A stretch of 63,341 nt of DNA, filler included, from Candidatus Woesearchaeota archaeon CG1_02_57_44 (GCA_001871415.1; 4 parts of 4 records of this genome joined end to end with filler, not necessarily neighbours in it), one strand, 5' to 3'; positions 38,707 through 48,991 are shown, counted from the first letter of the whole stretch. Notes: generated by a model from the letters alone, not told the origin. Program-made: numbers and translations.

Positions 38707-39618
38707 TCACTGGATGCTCACAATGACGCTTCGGCTCATGTGCTTGACCGCGCTCACCGCGCTTCGCAACTGCAAGAGCAGCTCGACGGTCAGGCCAGCG
38801 TCGGTGAGCATCTGCTGCAGCTCAGGATCACGCAGCTCAGCGTTCATCGCGAGCGGCATCTGCTGGGTGTAGTAGGATTTCATTGTGTCGCTGAAATGCT
38901 CCCCAAGTGACTGCATGACGGCTCGCAGGCGCTCGCGCTTTGCCTGATTCAGGCCGGGCATCATGCGAGCGACCCGCTTGCAGCAGTCGCCAATCTTCTC
39001 CATCTGCAGTATAAGGTTCCATCCTGTCAGCACCAGTAGAGAGGACCCACCGATGCTGCGCGAAGCACGTGGGTCGATGAGCGCTTTTCGCATGGAGCGG
39101 TAGGCGAGAAACACCAGGCGATTGACATCGACATCCCTGCTGTCCAGATCGGTGGGCTTGCCATTGGCGACATCATCAATCATGGAGCGGACCGTCACGT
39201 CGATACGTCGGATAAGTGTCGCTATGGATACCTCACGGATATCCAGCAGGTCCTTTGCGATGATGCAATGGCGCGTCTCCTCCACTATCTCCATGCCTGT
39301 GAGATTACGAAGAACACCCTTGATGGGCTCAGCGTCTTTTGGACGATGGCCACGGATTTCCAGCACGGCCTTATTCGTCAGGTACGCGCTGATCACTTCA
39401 GCCCGTATGACGTGCAGCGCCTTACCTTTGGCGTCGATAAGTGACTTGCTCACCGGAAGAACAGACTCAGTAGACTCATAGCTGATACGAAGCTCTGTTC
39501 CCGCATCATCCACCTGCAGCGGCGCGCCCTTGATAAGGCCATTTCTTTCCACCCATTCCTTTGGCAAAGATAGCACAAAGGAGCTCTTTCCGAATTGGAT
39601 GATTTTTCTGGTAACCAT
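38707..39618 (-). CDS. AbrB/MazE + PhoU phosphate-uptake regulator
   Basis: RKIIQFGKSSFVLSLPKEW (AbrB), GMEIVEET, D.DVNRL, EKIGD (PhoU). Confidence 0.88.
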   Translation of the reverse strand: MVTRKIIQFGKSSFVLSLPKEWVERNGLIKGAPLQVDDAGTELRISYESTESVLPVSKSLIDAKGKALHVIRAEVISAYLTNKAVLEIRGHRPKDAEPIKGVLRNLTGMEIVEETRHCIIAKDLLDIREVSIATLIRRIDVTVRSMIDDVANGKPTDLDSRDVDVNRLVFLAYRSMRKALIDPRASRSIGGSSLLVLTGWNLILQMEKIGDCCKRVARMMPGLNQAKRERLRAVMQSLGEHFSDTMKSYYTQQMPLAMNAELRDPELQQMLTDAGLTVELLLQLRSAVSAVKHMSRSVIVSIQ

Positions 39619-39688
39619 GCAGTCCACCACGGCGCTTCGCCGACATCTTACTCAGGTCATTGCCAAGCCGCCATGCCAACAATGCATA

Positions 39689-39745
39689 GAGCTTGGATTC
39701 TGTGCTTGGAGCTTGGATTCTGTGCTTGGAGCTTGGATTCTGTGC
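39689..39745. repeat. 20-bp tandem repeat GAGCTTGGATTCTGTGCTTG x2.85
   Basis: Exact units at 39689, 39709 and 39729 (partial). Confidence 0.95.
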
Positions 39746-40023
39746 AGCACTATATAGGCATATATGAGTATACACTAAAGCATATATATTCTTTTCTCCA
39801 TTATTGTCTTTTAGGATGGTGGTCCGGATGGCATTTGAAAACATCGATGAATTAGGAGACTGCGTGGTACTGGTCTCCACCATGGAGCGTTATCCGCTGG
39901 AGGACTCGCACATCCTGGCGCAGTTTCCCCGGCCGACGTTCATGGAGGAATAGACAGCGACGCCGCACGTGGCCCTTGCGCGCAACAGCAATGTCCATGC
40001 AAGAAAACCACAGGGGACACACG

Positions 40024-41208
40024 TCAAGCAACCTCCCCATAATAGAAATTGTCCTTGTCCCTGATTATCCGGATTCTTGCAGGACCTGCTTTCGCGTGCA
40101 TGACCGATATGCTACGGCCTTTGGCGACCGCTATCCATTCATGAGGCAGCCTGCCTGCAACCATGATTTCAGCGTCGACAATGTCGCCCTTTCGCAGAGG
40201 CTTTGGTAATGACGCCGCGATGGGCAGAGGCTCGAGTACTGGATCATCAAGGATGCCCTGCTGTTTCCAGCTCGCGAGCAGCGCGAAGAAATCTTCCCAG
40301 GAACGTTGCGGCGCGGGCTTTTTTCCCAACTTGTGACTCACAAAGTTCTGCACCAGCACCATCGCCCCTATTTGCCTGCCAAATCTGCAGACTTGCTGCA
40401 CCGCGTCCTCATTGACACCCTGCACCATCACAGGGGCAAGAACGACCTTGATACTCTTGGCAGCCCGCCTGGCCAAGGCCATGGTATTCTGGGGATCGTA
40501 AATGGGGCTTGCGACTCGCGCGTCCTTTTCCAGTGCGTGCAGCGAAAAACTTATCTTGCCCAGGCCCGCAGCCATGAGCGCGTCCATGCGCGCGGGGGTG
40601 ATGCCTACGCCCGTCGTGTACAGCGTGACGCAGACGACTTCAGAAAGCTTCGCGATGTCTGCCACCAGCTCTACCAATGGCGCGTAGTAGCCCGCTTCGC
40701 CCTGAGGATTGACGATGACTTCGAGTTGCTGGCACTTCTTGAGCGGCAATAGCCTGGCCAGCTCTGCGACAAGGTATTCCTTTTCCACCACAAAGTCACG
40801 CAAGCGCCTGTCATCGTCCACAGAACAGAACGTGCAACCCACGTTGCAACCGGACAGGGGCCGAAGCTCCACCATGCTTGAGCCGCGGTCCATGATGCCA
40901 AACTCGTTGGAACCGACCAGGGGTATGCCACTGTTGGCGTGGATGTACGTTGTTGGCTTGCCGGTAACAGTACTGTTCAACTCTCGCAGCGCTGCGTGAA
41001 GGCGCCGCTCAAACTGCTTGGAATCCTTATCTGCGACATCCACGTGCTCACGCGACGTGTTCAGGACATCCAGGCCGCTGAGGTCCAGCGGAGCGGCAAA
41101 GACCCCATAGAGGAAGACCTTGCCACTGGCGAACCGGAGGTTTTCATAGCTGTAGCGCATCATTTCCGAATCTTCAGGCATTACTTTAATCTTACGGAAC
41201 CCAAACAT
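40024..41208 (-). CDS. Radical SAM protein with C-terminal TRAM-like domain (archaeal COG2100-like)
   Basis: GIPLVGSNEFGIMDRG, GCNVGCTFCSVD (CxxxCxxC), C-terminal RIIRDKDN. Confidence 0.88.
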   Translation of the reverse strand: MFGFRKIKVMPEDSEMMRYSYENLRFASGKVFLYGVFAAPLDLSGLDVLNTSREHVDVADKDSKQFERRLHAALRELNSTVTGKPTTYIHANSGIPLVGSNEFGIMDRGSSMVELRPLSGCNVGCTFCSVDDDRRLRDFVVEKEYLVAELARLLPLKKCQQLEVIVNPQGEAGYYAPLVELVADIAKLSEVVCVTLYTTGVGITPARMDALMAAGLGKISFSLHALEKDARVASPIYDPQNTMALARRAAKSIKVVLAPVMVQGVNEDAVQQVCRFGRQIGAMVLVQNFVSHKLGKKPAPQRSWEDFFALLASWKQQGILDDPVLEPLPIAASLPKPLRKGDIVDAEIMVAGRLPHEWIAVAKGRSISVMHAKAGPARIRIIRDKDNFYYGEVA

Positions 41209-41237
41209 TAATTATCACCGTGCTTATTACCCCGCCC

Positions 41238-41819
41238 ATGGACGGCATCGCCATCACGTATCAGACCCTCTTTGAGGTCCTGCAGACGGAAAAGAAGCGA
41301 AAGGAACTGCAAGAGCTTGATAAGGAATTCTACGCCAAGGTCGCGGAATATCTCCAGGAAAAGCAGAAGGCTTCCAAGGACGCGCGACACTTCGGCTCAG
41401 ACGCGCACGCTCAGTATGACAAGGCCAGGCGCATCATGCGGGAAATCTACAACTGGCGTGAGCAAAAGATTGCGGAAATGGCCCGCAACAAAGCGAGGGC
41501 CGAGCAAGAGGCCAAACACGTCGCCATTGACACAGAAGCGCTGCTCCCTGAGGAGGAGGATCTCTTTGATTCCCTGCGTGACTGCTTCATGTCGTTTCGC
41601 AAGGAGCGCCTCAGCAAGGTCATGGACGGCAAGCACCGCCAGGAGCAGAAGTCACCAGGCAGCATGGTCGTTCGGTTCAATAGCTCTACCGAGCAGTTCG
41701 TAGGCAGGGATCTTGAGACCTACGGGCCGTTTGAACAGGAGGATGTGGCCAGCCTCCCAGTTGAAGTGGCAGGACTGCTCATCAAGAACGGCAAGGCCGA
41801 AGAGATACACACGTCCTGA
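41238..41819 (+). CDS. GINS complex subunit Gins15/51
   Basis: TYQTL...EK...LQELDKEFY, REQKI, EE.LF, FVGRDLETYGPF...LPVEVAGLLI. Confidence 0.88.
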   Translation: MDGIAITYQTLFEVLQTEKKRKELQELDKEFYAKVAEYLQEKQKASKDARHFGSDAHAQYDKARRIMREIYNWREQKIAEMARNKARAEQEAKHVAIDTEALLPEEEDLFDSLRDCFMSFRKERLSKVMDGKHRQEQKSPGSMVVRFNSSTEQFVGRDLETYGPFEQEDVASLPVEVAGLLIKNGKAEEIHTS

Positions 41820-41938
41820 ACCGTTCGCCCAATGCCCGGCTTTTTTCTGTGTGTATGCACATCATCCTGCGCTTCTCGACACGCGCAGAATAGCGCTTTC
41901 GCGTACGCATGGAACAAACAAGAAATGGCTTGATGCTG

Positions 41939-42247
41939 CTACTTGATCTCGACTTTCTTGGCGCGAATGCCCTTTCGCTGCGCGTGCTGCTTCTTGCACA
42001 CCTGGCACTCATAGCGAAAGTCGGTCTTCTTGGTCTGCTTCTTGCCCGCCATCTTAAACTTTGTCACGGCTGGCTTTGAATAGCGTCCCAGATTTCCCGC
42101 ACCACGCGCCTTACCGCGCAGACGAGCCCGCGTCTTTGACCCGTAGGTCAGGGAAGAGGCGTTCTTCTTCTTGTTCTGTATGACCCGGTGCTGGGCGTGC
42201 TTCTTGCAGCTGGGGCAATAGCGTTGGATGAGCTTGGGAACCTTCAT
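41939..42247 (-). CDS. rpl44e: 50S ribosomal protein eL42/L44e
   Basis: MKVPK...YCPSCKKH, KQTKKTDFRYECQVCKK. Confidence 0.93.
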   Translation of the reverse strand: MKVPKLIQRYCPSCKKHAQHRVIQNKKKNASSLTYGSKTRARLRGKARGAGNLGRYSKPAVTKFKMAGKKQTKKTDFRYECQVCKKQHAQRKGIRAKKVEIK

Positions 42248-42300
42248 GGGTCACGGGCAAACCGCAATCGGTTTATAAAGCTTGCGATGGCGATGTTCAG

Positions 42301-43263
42301 TGTGCTATCCTAATATTATTTCCCTTCGATGGATTCTTTGGGTTTATCATTTTTATGCTTCTGCCTTCTTTTTGCGGCAGAATGCCTGGTAAGGCGTTTC
42401 CAGGGCCGCAGTTTGGAGGCTTTGATGCGGTCTTAGGCAATTGTACCAGTGGGCAAATTCTTCTTTTGTTTTGAAGGCTTGCCTGTGGGTATTGTACGTG
42501 TGATGGAAGCGTTCTACCTTGCCGTTTGATTGTGGGTGTTTAATTCTGCATTTGATGTGCTTGATGTGATGTCATGTCGCGCAAGAAACTGGCCAAATCG
42601 GCAAGACCCGTGTGATTTAGTGAATTGTGTTCCATGATCAGTGATACACTGACGTATCCTACCAAAGGTGAGTGCTTCTTGCATGGCCATAATGCTTGCC
42701 TCTGTTGTAGCCCGGGATGTTTCTATCAAGGCCAAAAGCATTCTGCTGGCGTCGTCGACAACAGGCAACACCCACACGTTCGATAACGAGTATAAATGCC
42801 AGTCAAGATGCACAGCAGTCAAGCTATGCTTACGCTCATATCGTACCCAATCAATCTTGCGCTTCACCTTTACCTTCAAAGGCTTGGCCAAGCCAAGCTG
42901 CACCAACACCTTATGAATATGATTGTGCGGAATATGCACGCCATAATCACGTTCAATCAACGCCTCCAGCATACTTGCACTCACCCGATACTTCAACCAC
43001 GCATCCCGGACCATCATAATCTCAGACTCCAACACCAACCTTCGCGGCCGGCCCACACGCCGACCGACCTCTGGCATCACGCCAGAGGAAAGATACGCAG
43101 ACCAGACCTGATTGACCCTACGAACGCTCACACCAGCAACTTTTCGCGCTTGCCAACTGCTCAAACCATCATTTTTCGCACGCAGAGTCTCCAACAACCT
43201 TGTTTTCGTAAGTTTCATAGGCTCATGAAACTCAGCGTAGGGAAATAATTTCGGGATAGCACT
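42301..43263 (-). mobile_element. IS481-family insertion sequence (about 963 bp) with imperfect ~24-bp TIRs
   Basis: Left GTGCTATCCTAATATTATTTCCCT vs reverse complement of right GTGCTATCCCGAAATTATTTCCCT; no TSD seen. Confidence 0.85.
42353..43218 (-). pseudogene. IS481 DDE transposase, frameshifted
   Basis: HTH + HLDW, DDASR, TDHGTQF; ACATC duplication near 42565; the other frame continues HPQSNGKVERF...WYNCLRPHQSL...TP to the stop at 42353. Confidence 0.88.
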
Positions 43264-43315
43264 CCCTTGTCAACCACAGCAACCTTTTTATACTGCCCAT
43301 TCTTTGCCAGATTCC

Positions 43316-43492
43316 ATGAGAGACCCATCTTCACGCTTCGTGGAAGTGCGCTGCACGCACTGCAAGAATGAACAGATAGTGTTCGGCAAGGTGTCATCCG
43401 CTGTCAGCTGCCTTGTCTGCGGCACTCCCCTGGCAGAGCCGACAGGCGGCAAGAGCCGTGTCCGAGCGCGCGTGCTCGAAGTGCTGGAATAG
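43316..43492 (+). CDS. rps27e: 30S ribosomal protein eS27
   Basis: SRFVEVRCTHCKNEQIVF...CLVCG...PTGGK. Confidence 0.95.
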   Translation: MRDPSSRFVEVRCTHCKNEQIVFGKVSSAVSCLVCGTPLAEPTGGKSRVRARVLEVLE

Positions 43493-43552
43493 ACGGCCCC
43501 GAGTACCAGAGACCACAGCCCTGATTGAAATAAACGACCCTGAGAACACAAA

Positions 43553-44323
43553 ATGCTTCTGCAACAAGACCGATGGCCAGAGCCTTCCGAGCTTGTTCTC
43601 TGCACGGTGACTAAGGTCTTGCCGCACAGCGTCTTTGTGAGCCTTGATGAGTTCGGTAAGAGCGGCCTCATCCACATTTCTGAGATCAGCCCTGGAAGGA
43701 TACGTAATATCCGCGACTATGTCAAGGAAGGCAAGGTTGTTGTCTGTAAGGTCCTTGATGTGCGCGAAGACCGCGGGCACATCGATTTGTCGCTTCGCCG
43801 TGTTTCGGACAACCAGCGCCGTAAGAAAGTCAATGAACTCAAGCAAGAGCAGAAAGCTGAGAAGATCGTTGAGTTTGTATGCGGCCAACTCAAAAAAGAA
43901 TTCCTGCCGACGTACAAGGAGATCATGGCAGGGCTCAAGACGCACGGCGAGCGCCTCTACCCCTTCTTCCAGGACATCATCCTGGACAAGGCGAAGGTAG
44001 CAGACCTTGGCCTTGACAAGACCATCACCAAGGCGCTAGATGACATAGTCAGGCAGCGCATCAAACCGCCGGAAGTGTCTATCGAAGGAACCTTCAAGAT
44101 AATCACTTACGCTTCTGACGGGGTCTTACTCATCCGCTCCACATTCGAGCAGGTGCTCAAAGATACGGAGGCTGAAGTGTACTACGAGGGCGGCGGCAGA
44201 TACCATCTGCGCGTCAATGCCCAGCATTACAAGGACGCTGAGAAGAGCCTGAAGGAATTGACAGATACCATAACCGAACAGGCCAGCGCCTATGGCACTG
44301 CGGTGTTTGAACGGGCAGCATGA
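43553..44323 (+). CDS. eif2a: Translation initiation factor aIF-2 alpha
   Basis: S1 domain GLIHISEISPGRIRNIRD, GHIDLSLRRV, DGV..I, GGRY. Confidence 0.95.
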   Translation: MLLQQDRWPEPSELVLCTVTKVLPHSVFVSLDEFGKSGLIHISEISPGRIRNIRDYVKEGKVVVCKVLDVREDRGHIDLSLRRVSDNQRRKKVNELKQEQKAEKIVEFVCGQLKKEFLPTYKEIMAGLKTHGERLYPFFQDIILDKAKVADLGLDKTITKALDDIVRQRIKPPEVSIEGTFKIITYASDGVLLIRSTFEQVLKDTEAEVYYEGGGRYHLRVNAQHYKDAEKSLKELTDTITEQASAYGTAVFERAA

Positions 44324-44481
44324 AAAAAATAATGCGATGCACGGGCTGTGGCAAGTACACCCTGAACGATTGCTGCGCCGTGGTCTCTGCGCATCCAGCC
44401 AAGTGGTCTCCTGAAGACAGATGGGCCGAGTGGCGGCGCAAGGCAAAAGAAGCGTCGTGGCGCGCTGAGGGATTGCTATGA
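44320..44481 (+). CDS. nop10: H/ACA RNP protein Nop10 (not in ORF track)
   Basis: MKKIMRCTGCGKYTL...HPAKWSPEDRWAEWRR; ATGA overlaps at both ends. Confidence 0.9.
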   Translation: MKKIMRCTGCGKYTLNDCCAVVSAHPAKWSPEDRWAEWRRKAKEASWRAEGLL

Positions 44482-45017
44482 AGCATTTTGTCCGTTGCGA
44501 TGAACTTCTGCTTGACAGCATGCGTCTCGCCCGCAAGGTCTGGAATTCTGGCTATCGCCCAACGTATCTGCTCGCGCTCTGGCGCGGGGGAACACCCATC
44601 GGCGTGTGCGTGCATGAGTTCTTCAAACGCAAAGGCGAGTCTATGAACCATCTCGCCATCAAGGCGGAATCCTACCTGGTCAAGAACGGTGGCAAGGACA
44701 ATGAGATAGTCCAGCTCGGCCCTATGAACATCAAGATATGCCCAGGCGACCGACTTTTGATAGTAGACGATGTCTACGCCAGCGGCGCGCAGATAGAGCG
44801 GCTGCTTGATGTGCTGCGTGAGCGTGTGAAGCTTAAAGATGTCGAAGCGCGCATCGCGGTGCTCTATCACAAGCCCCAGGACAATGGCGCCACACCAGAC
44901 TATTTCCTGCACGAGACACAGGATTTCATCGTGTTCCCTCATGAGCTCACGCAGATGAACGACGCCGAGCTCGGTGAGCATGAACCAGAAGTTGCGCAGC
45001 TGCTTCACGGTGACTGA
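44478..45017 (+). CDS. Purine phosphoribosyltransferase-like protein 1
   Basis: WRGG, LLIVDDVYASG, VFPHE. Confidence 0.88.
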   Translation: MKHFVRCDELLLDSMRLARKVWNSGYRPTYLLALWRGGTPIGVCVHEFFKRKGESMNHLAIKAESYLVKNGGKDNEIVQLGPMNIKICPGDRLLIVDDVYASGAQIERLLDVLRERVKLKDVEARIAVLYHKPQDNGATPDYFLHETQDFIVFPHELTQMNDAELGEHEPEVAQLLHGD

Positions 45018-45019
45018 AT

Positions 45020-45541
45020 ATGCAGAAAACCTATGTCTCGGCCAATGAATTATTGCTTGATTCTTTCACCCTGGCCAAGCAGGTCAAGGATTCTGGCTAT
45101 GAACCCACCGCGCTCATCGTCCCCTGGCGTGGAGGAATGCCCGTAGGCATCTGCATGCACGAGTACTTCCACACGCAGGGCGTCACGCTCAAGTCCACGG
45201 TGATAAAGACGAGCGCCTACAGCGGCATCGACAAGAGATCCGACGTCACGCTCGCGCCCTTCGCCCCTGACTTCACCGAAGATGACAGACTGCTCATCGT
45301 CGACGATGTATTCGACACGGGCAGGACCATGAAGGCACTCAAAGAAGAGCTGGGCAGGCATTGCAAAGACATACGGATCGCCACGGTCTTCTTCAAGCCC
45401 AGCCGCAATGAGACGGAGCTATCGCCCGACTATTACCTATACGCCACTGACGAATGGATTGTCTTTCCGCACGAGGTCGATGGACTGACTCCAGAGGAAC
45501 TCGAAGAGAAAAGCCCCGCGCTCGCGCGGCTGTTCCCATGA
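45020..45541 (+). CDS. Purine phosphoribosyltransferase-like protein 2 (paralog)
   Basis: WRGG, LLIVDDVFDTGRT, WIVFPHE. Confidence 0.9.
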   Translation: MQKTYVSANELLLDSFTLAKQVKDSGYEPTALIVPWRGGMPVGICMHEYFHTQGVTLKSTVIKTSAYSGIDKRSDVTLAPFAPDFTEDDRLLIVDDVFDTGRTMKALKEELGRHCKDIRIATVFFKPSRNETELSPDYYLYATDEWIVFPHEVDGLTPEELEEKSPALARLFP

Positions 45542-46161
45542 ACCCATCTGGATTTTTCTCGCAGGAGACGAACCGCTACTACAAGCTGCTACCGACGCCA
45601 ACGTGGCCAACTATCGAGATATCCGGAATACGCATGCACCGCGTGGAGAGCATGGACCCCAAGAGCGACACCGAGCGCAAGATAGCGCAGGTCGCGCCTG
45701 TGCAGGGCAAGGCGCTTGATATCTGCACCGGACTTGGTTATACAGCTATCCTTTTGGCACGGGAGGCGGATAGCGTCACCACCATTGAAAGGGACGCCAA
45801 TGTGCTGGCGTTGGCGCGGGAGAATCTGCCGAGCAAAGAACTGTTCTCCTCGCCTAAAATAAAACAGCTCATGGGCGACGCGCAGGAAGTCGTCAAGTCG
45901 TTGCCTGACGCTCATTTCGACATCATCATCCACGACCCACCGAGCCTGAATATCGCCGGTGATTTGTATGCCTCGTCATTTTATCAGGAATTGTTTCGCT
46001 TGCTCAAACCTGGTGGACGAATGTTCCATTACACCGGCATGCCAGGCAGGAGCAGGGGCGTCGATCTTATCGCCAGCGTCGCCAAGCGGCTGAAGCTGAT
46101 AGGGTTTGACGCGCAACCTGTGAGAGAGGCGCTTGGCGTCAAGGCGACGAAGCATCAGTAG
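45538..46161 (+). CDS. Archaeal SAM-dependent methyltransferase (COG2521-like)
   Basis: PTIEISGIRMH, LDICTGLGYTA, IIHDPP, FHYTG. Confidence 0.88.
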   Translation: MNPSGFFSQETNRYYKLLPTPTWPTIEISGIRMHRVESMDPKSDTERKIAQVAPVQGKALDICTGLGYTAILLAREADSVTTIERDANVLALARENLPSKELFSSPKIKQLMGDAQEVVKSLPDAHFDIIIHDPPSLNIAGDLYASSFYQELFRLLKPGGRMFHYTGMPGRSRGVDLIASVAKRLKLIGFDAQPVREALGVKATKHQ

Positions 46162-46688
46162 AATCGCTTCGTTCCGCCGGTCAGTTCAGACGGAGCAGGG
46201 GACAATGCATGACCTACGGCATAGGTGACGGCCCTCCTATCAAAGTCTACCACAGCATTTACTTGAGATGTCAGCCGATCCACCCCTAAGAGATTCACCG
46301 TGCCAGCCAAGCCTGTCTGATGGAGGAATAGCTCCTGGGCCACTCGCGCAACGAGCCCTGCCTGCTCACCAGGCAGCACTACCAAAGTATCCCCCTTGCT
46401 TTCAAGATAGCTAAGCAGCAGTTCAGCATCCCCAACATCATCAAGGGCGGCTTGGATAACCTCATAACCACCATCAGCCACTCCACCGCTGCCGAATCCT
46501 GTGTATTGATTTGGATGGGAATTAAGTTCCCACAGTCGAGCAGCATAGTTGGCGGTGCGCGTACAATCTGGGTCGGCAGACGCAATAATCTGCAGCGAAT
46601 CCCAGTTTACTTCATTGCGTGCGACAAGCACAGCGCTCTGCGCCGCGATGACATCATTAGTCGGTCCGGTGATGATTGTTTTTGCCAT
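46155..46688 (-). CDS. Hypothetical protein
   Basis: ORF with protein-like composition; no recognised motif. Confidence 0.5.
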   Translation of the reverse strand: MAKTIITGPTNDVIAAQSAVLVARNEVNWDSLQIIASADPDCTRTANYAARLWELNSHPNQYTGFGSGGVADGGYEVIQAALDDVGDAELLLSYLESKGDTLVVLPGEQAGLVARVAQELFLHQTGLAGTVNLLGVDRLTSQVNAVVDFDRRAVTYAVGHALSPAPSELTGGTKRFY

Positions 46689-46956
46689 GCACCCAGAAGA
46701 CCAGGCGGCCATTCAAAAGCGTTACTATTTCTGATAGGAATAATAGTCCGATGTGAATCAGCCCATTCCAAGGATGCTAGCCAGGCGGGCAAAGGCAGTC
46801 CTGACAGGACAAAAAAAGTATCTCCGGAATAATCGGAATATTTCCGGAAGCAATGTATCGCGAATGCCCGGCACTGCTGACACACACCACAGAATCCTTT
46901 TGTTCGACACTCCTTATGTTCGACACTATTCACACATTATTATCATTCCCCCATCA

Positions 46957-47370
46957 TCACTCCCCGAGTATCTTGATCACCGCGCGCTTCCTGCGCTGCC
47001 CGTCGAACTCACCGTAGAAAATCGCCTGCCATGGTCCCAGGTCCAGTTTTCCTTTGGTGATGGGCAGCACCACCTGATGGTGCATGAGCAGATTCTTCAG
47101 ATGCGAGTCACCGTTGGATTCGCCCGTCGCGTGGTGACGATAGTCCTGCTTGTAGGGTGCCATCTCTTCGAGCCAGTCATCGATGTCCTGCAATAGCCCC
47201 GACTCATTGTCATTGACGAACACGCTCGCGGTGATGTGCATGGCGCTGACCAGGCAGAATCCCTCCTTGATGCCTGACGCCTTGACCTGCTCTGCCACCT
47301 CGCGCGTGATATTGATGTATTGCCTGTGCTTTGCGGTGTCGAACCAGAGATAGTGGGTGTGCGATTTCAT
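46957..47370 (-). CDS. yjbQ: YjbQ/UPF0047 family protein
   Basis: [32 protein letters not shown]. Confidence 0.92.
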   Translation of the reverse strand: MKSHTHYLWFDTAKHRQYINITREVAEQVKASGIKEGFCLVSAMHITASVFVNDNESGLLQDIDDWLEEMAPYKQDYRHHATGESNGDSHLKNLLMHHQVVLPITKGKLDLGPWQAIFYGEFDGQRRKRAVIKILGE

Positions 47371-47421
47371 AACATCGTGGTTGCAGAAGGATTATTAATG
47401 GGTTGCGATGGACCGGTCTGC

Positions 47422-48060
47422 ATGAGCGACGAAGACAGTGATGATACGCGCCATCGTGGGCGCATCCAAGCGGTATACTTCGATGTTGGCGGTGTCATCA
47501 TCGATGATCCTGTCCCTGCCATGGCTGCGCGCTTCGTCGAGGAGCTGCGGATCGATGCGTTCTCATTCAAGAAGCATGCACCGGCCATAGCGCAGTTCCA
47601 GCGCGGCGGCAGCGAGGAGCAGCTCTGGAAGGATGTCGCGGCGCAGGAAGATCGCGTTGCCGCCGCGCCAGGCCTGTGGCTCGAAGGCATCAAGAAAGGG
47701 CTCGGCATCAGACAGGACGTGATCGCCATGGCGGCGACGCTGCAGCAGGCAGGCATACGCATCGGCGTACTCAGCAACACGGAACGACCCGCGGTCGACT
47801 ATTTTCTTCCGCAATTCACGCGCGATATCGGCCTGCGCTTCGATTCGCTGGTGCTCTCCTGCGATGTCGGTTGCGTGAAACCGGAGGATGCCATCTACGC
47901 CATAGCCGAGCTAATGATGGGCGTCAGCGGCGAGGAGCTGCTCTTCCTGGACGACCGCGAAGAGAATGTCGTAGCGGCGCGAAACAGAGGATGGCAAGCC
48001 GAGGTAGCGAAGAGCAGCGAAGATGTCAGACGAATCCTGGACGACCACGCACTACGATAG
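47422..48060 (+). CDS. HAD-superfamily hydrolase
   Basis: FDVGGV, LSNT, KPEDAIY, FLDDREENV. Confidence 0.9.
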   Translation: MSDEDSDDTRHRGRIQAVYFDVGGVIIDDPVPAMAARFVEELRIDAFSFKKHAPAIAQFQRGGSEEQLWKDVAAQEDRVAAAPGLWLEGIKKGLGIRQDVIAMAATLQQAGIRIGVLSNTERPAVDYFLPQFTRDIGLRFDSLVLSCDVGCVKPEDAIYAIAELMMGVSGEELLFLDDREENVVAARNRGWQAEVAKSSEDVRRILDDHALR

Positions 48061-48268
48061 GTCTTGCACCAAAGGCATATTTGTGTCGCTCTGCAACCAG
48101 GTGAAGGGTTCTTACGGATGTGTACTGTGCAGGGTCAATAATAGCACCCCACCGCCAGAATTATTCCCTTCATACTGTCGCTGTCAGTGAAATATATAAA
48201 GGACTTCCGAAATTTAGAAGAATATTGCACAGAATTAATATTCCTAAATGAATATGAGGGGAGTCCAG

Positions 48269-48991
48269 ATGACACGACACGATGCAGCCGCAGGATTTCA
48301 GCAAGCATATCGGGGAAATCTCTATGACGGTTTTTCCCATGGCACACCTGGACAATGGACTACCCCATTCCTGGAAGCAACGCTTGCTGTCCATCAGGAA
48401 CAGTTTCAGGGTTCCTCGGTCGGAACGCTCGAAGGCGGCGCGGGCAGAGGGTATCATAGCGTCACGATTGTCCGCAATACGCACGGAGGCCATCATACAG
48501 CCAACGAGTATGATCCAGCAACAGCAGCAGGCATCACGGCCCTGGCGAAGCAACATCTCAACGACGATTCCAGCAGGCTGAGCGTCGTGCCTGGCGATCT
48601 AGTCATGTGTCTACAAGATGCCGGAGATTTAGGGCTCTTTTACGCCAATTCAGTCCTGCACTTCTTTTCCCCTGACGAGCGAGATGAAGTCTACGGCGAA
48701 GTCGCATCTCGACAGCCCGCCGGAGGACTGGTCGCCGTCAGTTTCAAGGGATATGATGACGCGCTTCGTACCCGCGGCCAGGTCGTGGAGCAGACAGCAG
48801 CAGGGCCCATCGTCAGGAGCCATGATGATGGCATCGAGCGGCTTTTTGTCAGTCAGGTGGACCCACTCATAACAGAATTAAGTCGACACGGCTACGCAGT
48901 GCAACGACCCATCGCGTGGGCCATCCCCGACTACAACATGCCTGGTGAAGATTCGCATTTTGTCGGGCTGATAGGCGTGAGGGGACACTGA
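48269..48991 (+). CDS. Class I SAM-dependent methyltransferase-like protein
   Basis: LEGGAGRG, YANSVLHFF, PAGGL. Confidence 0.75.
   Translation: MTRHDAAAGFQQAYRGNLYDGFSHGTPGQWTTPFLEATLAVHQEQFQGSSVGTLEGGAGRGYHSVTIVRNTHGGHHTANEYDPATAAGITALAKQHLNDDSSRLSVVPGDLVMCLQDAGDLGLFYANSVLHFFSPDERDEVYGEVASRQPAGGLVAVSFKGYDDALRTRGQVVEQTAAGPIVRSHDDGIERLFVSQVDPLITELSRHGYAVQRPIAWAIPDYNMPGEDSHFVGLIGVRGH

Noticed and set aside
39689..39745. 20-bp repeats as a mini-CRISPR
   Set aside because: Units are directly abutting with no spacers
39850..40023. Possible small gene or RNA downstream of the radical SAM gene
   Set aside because: No tRNA fold and no convincing reading frame or motif
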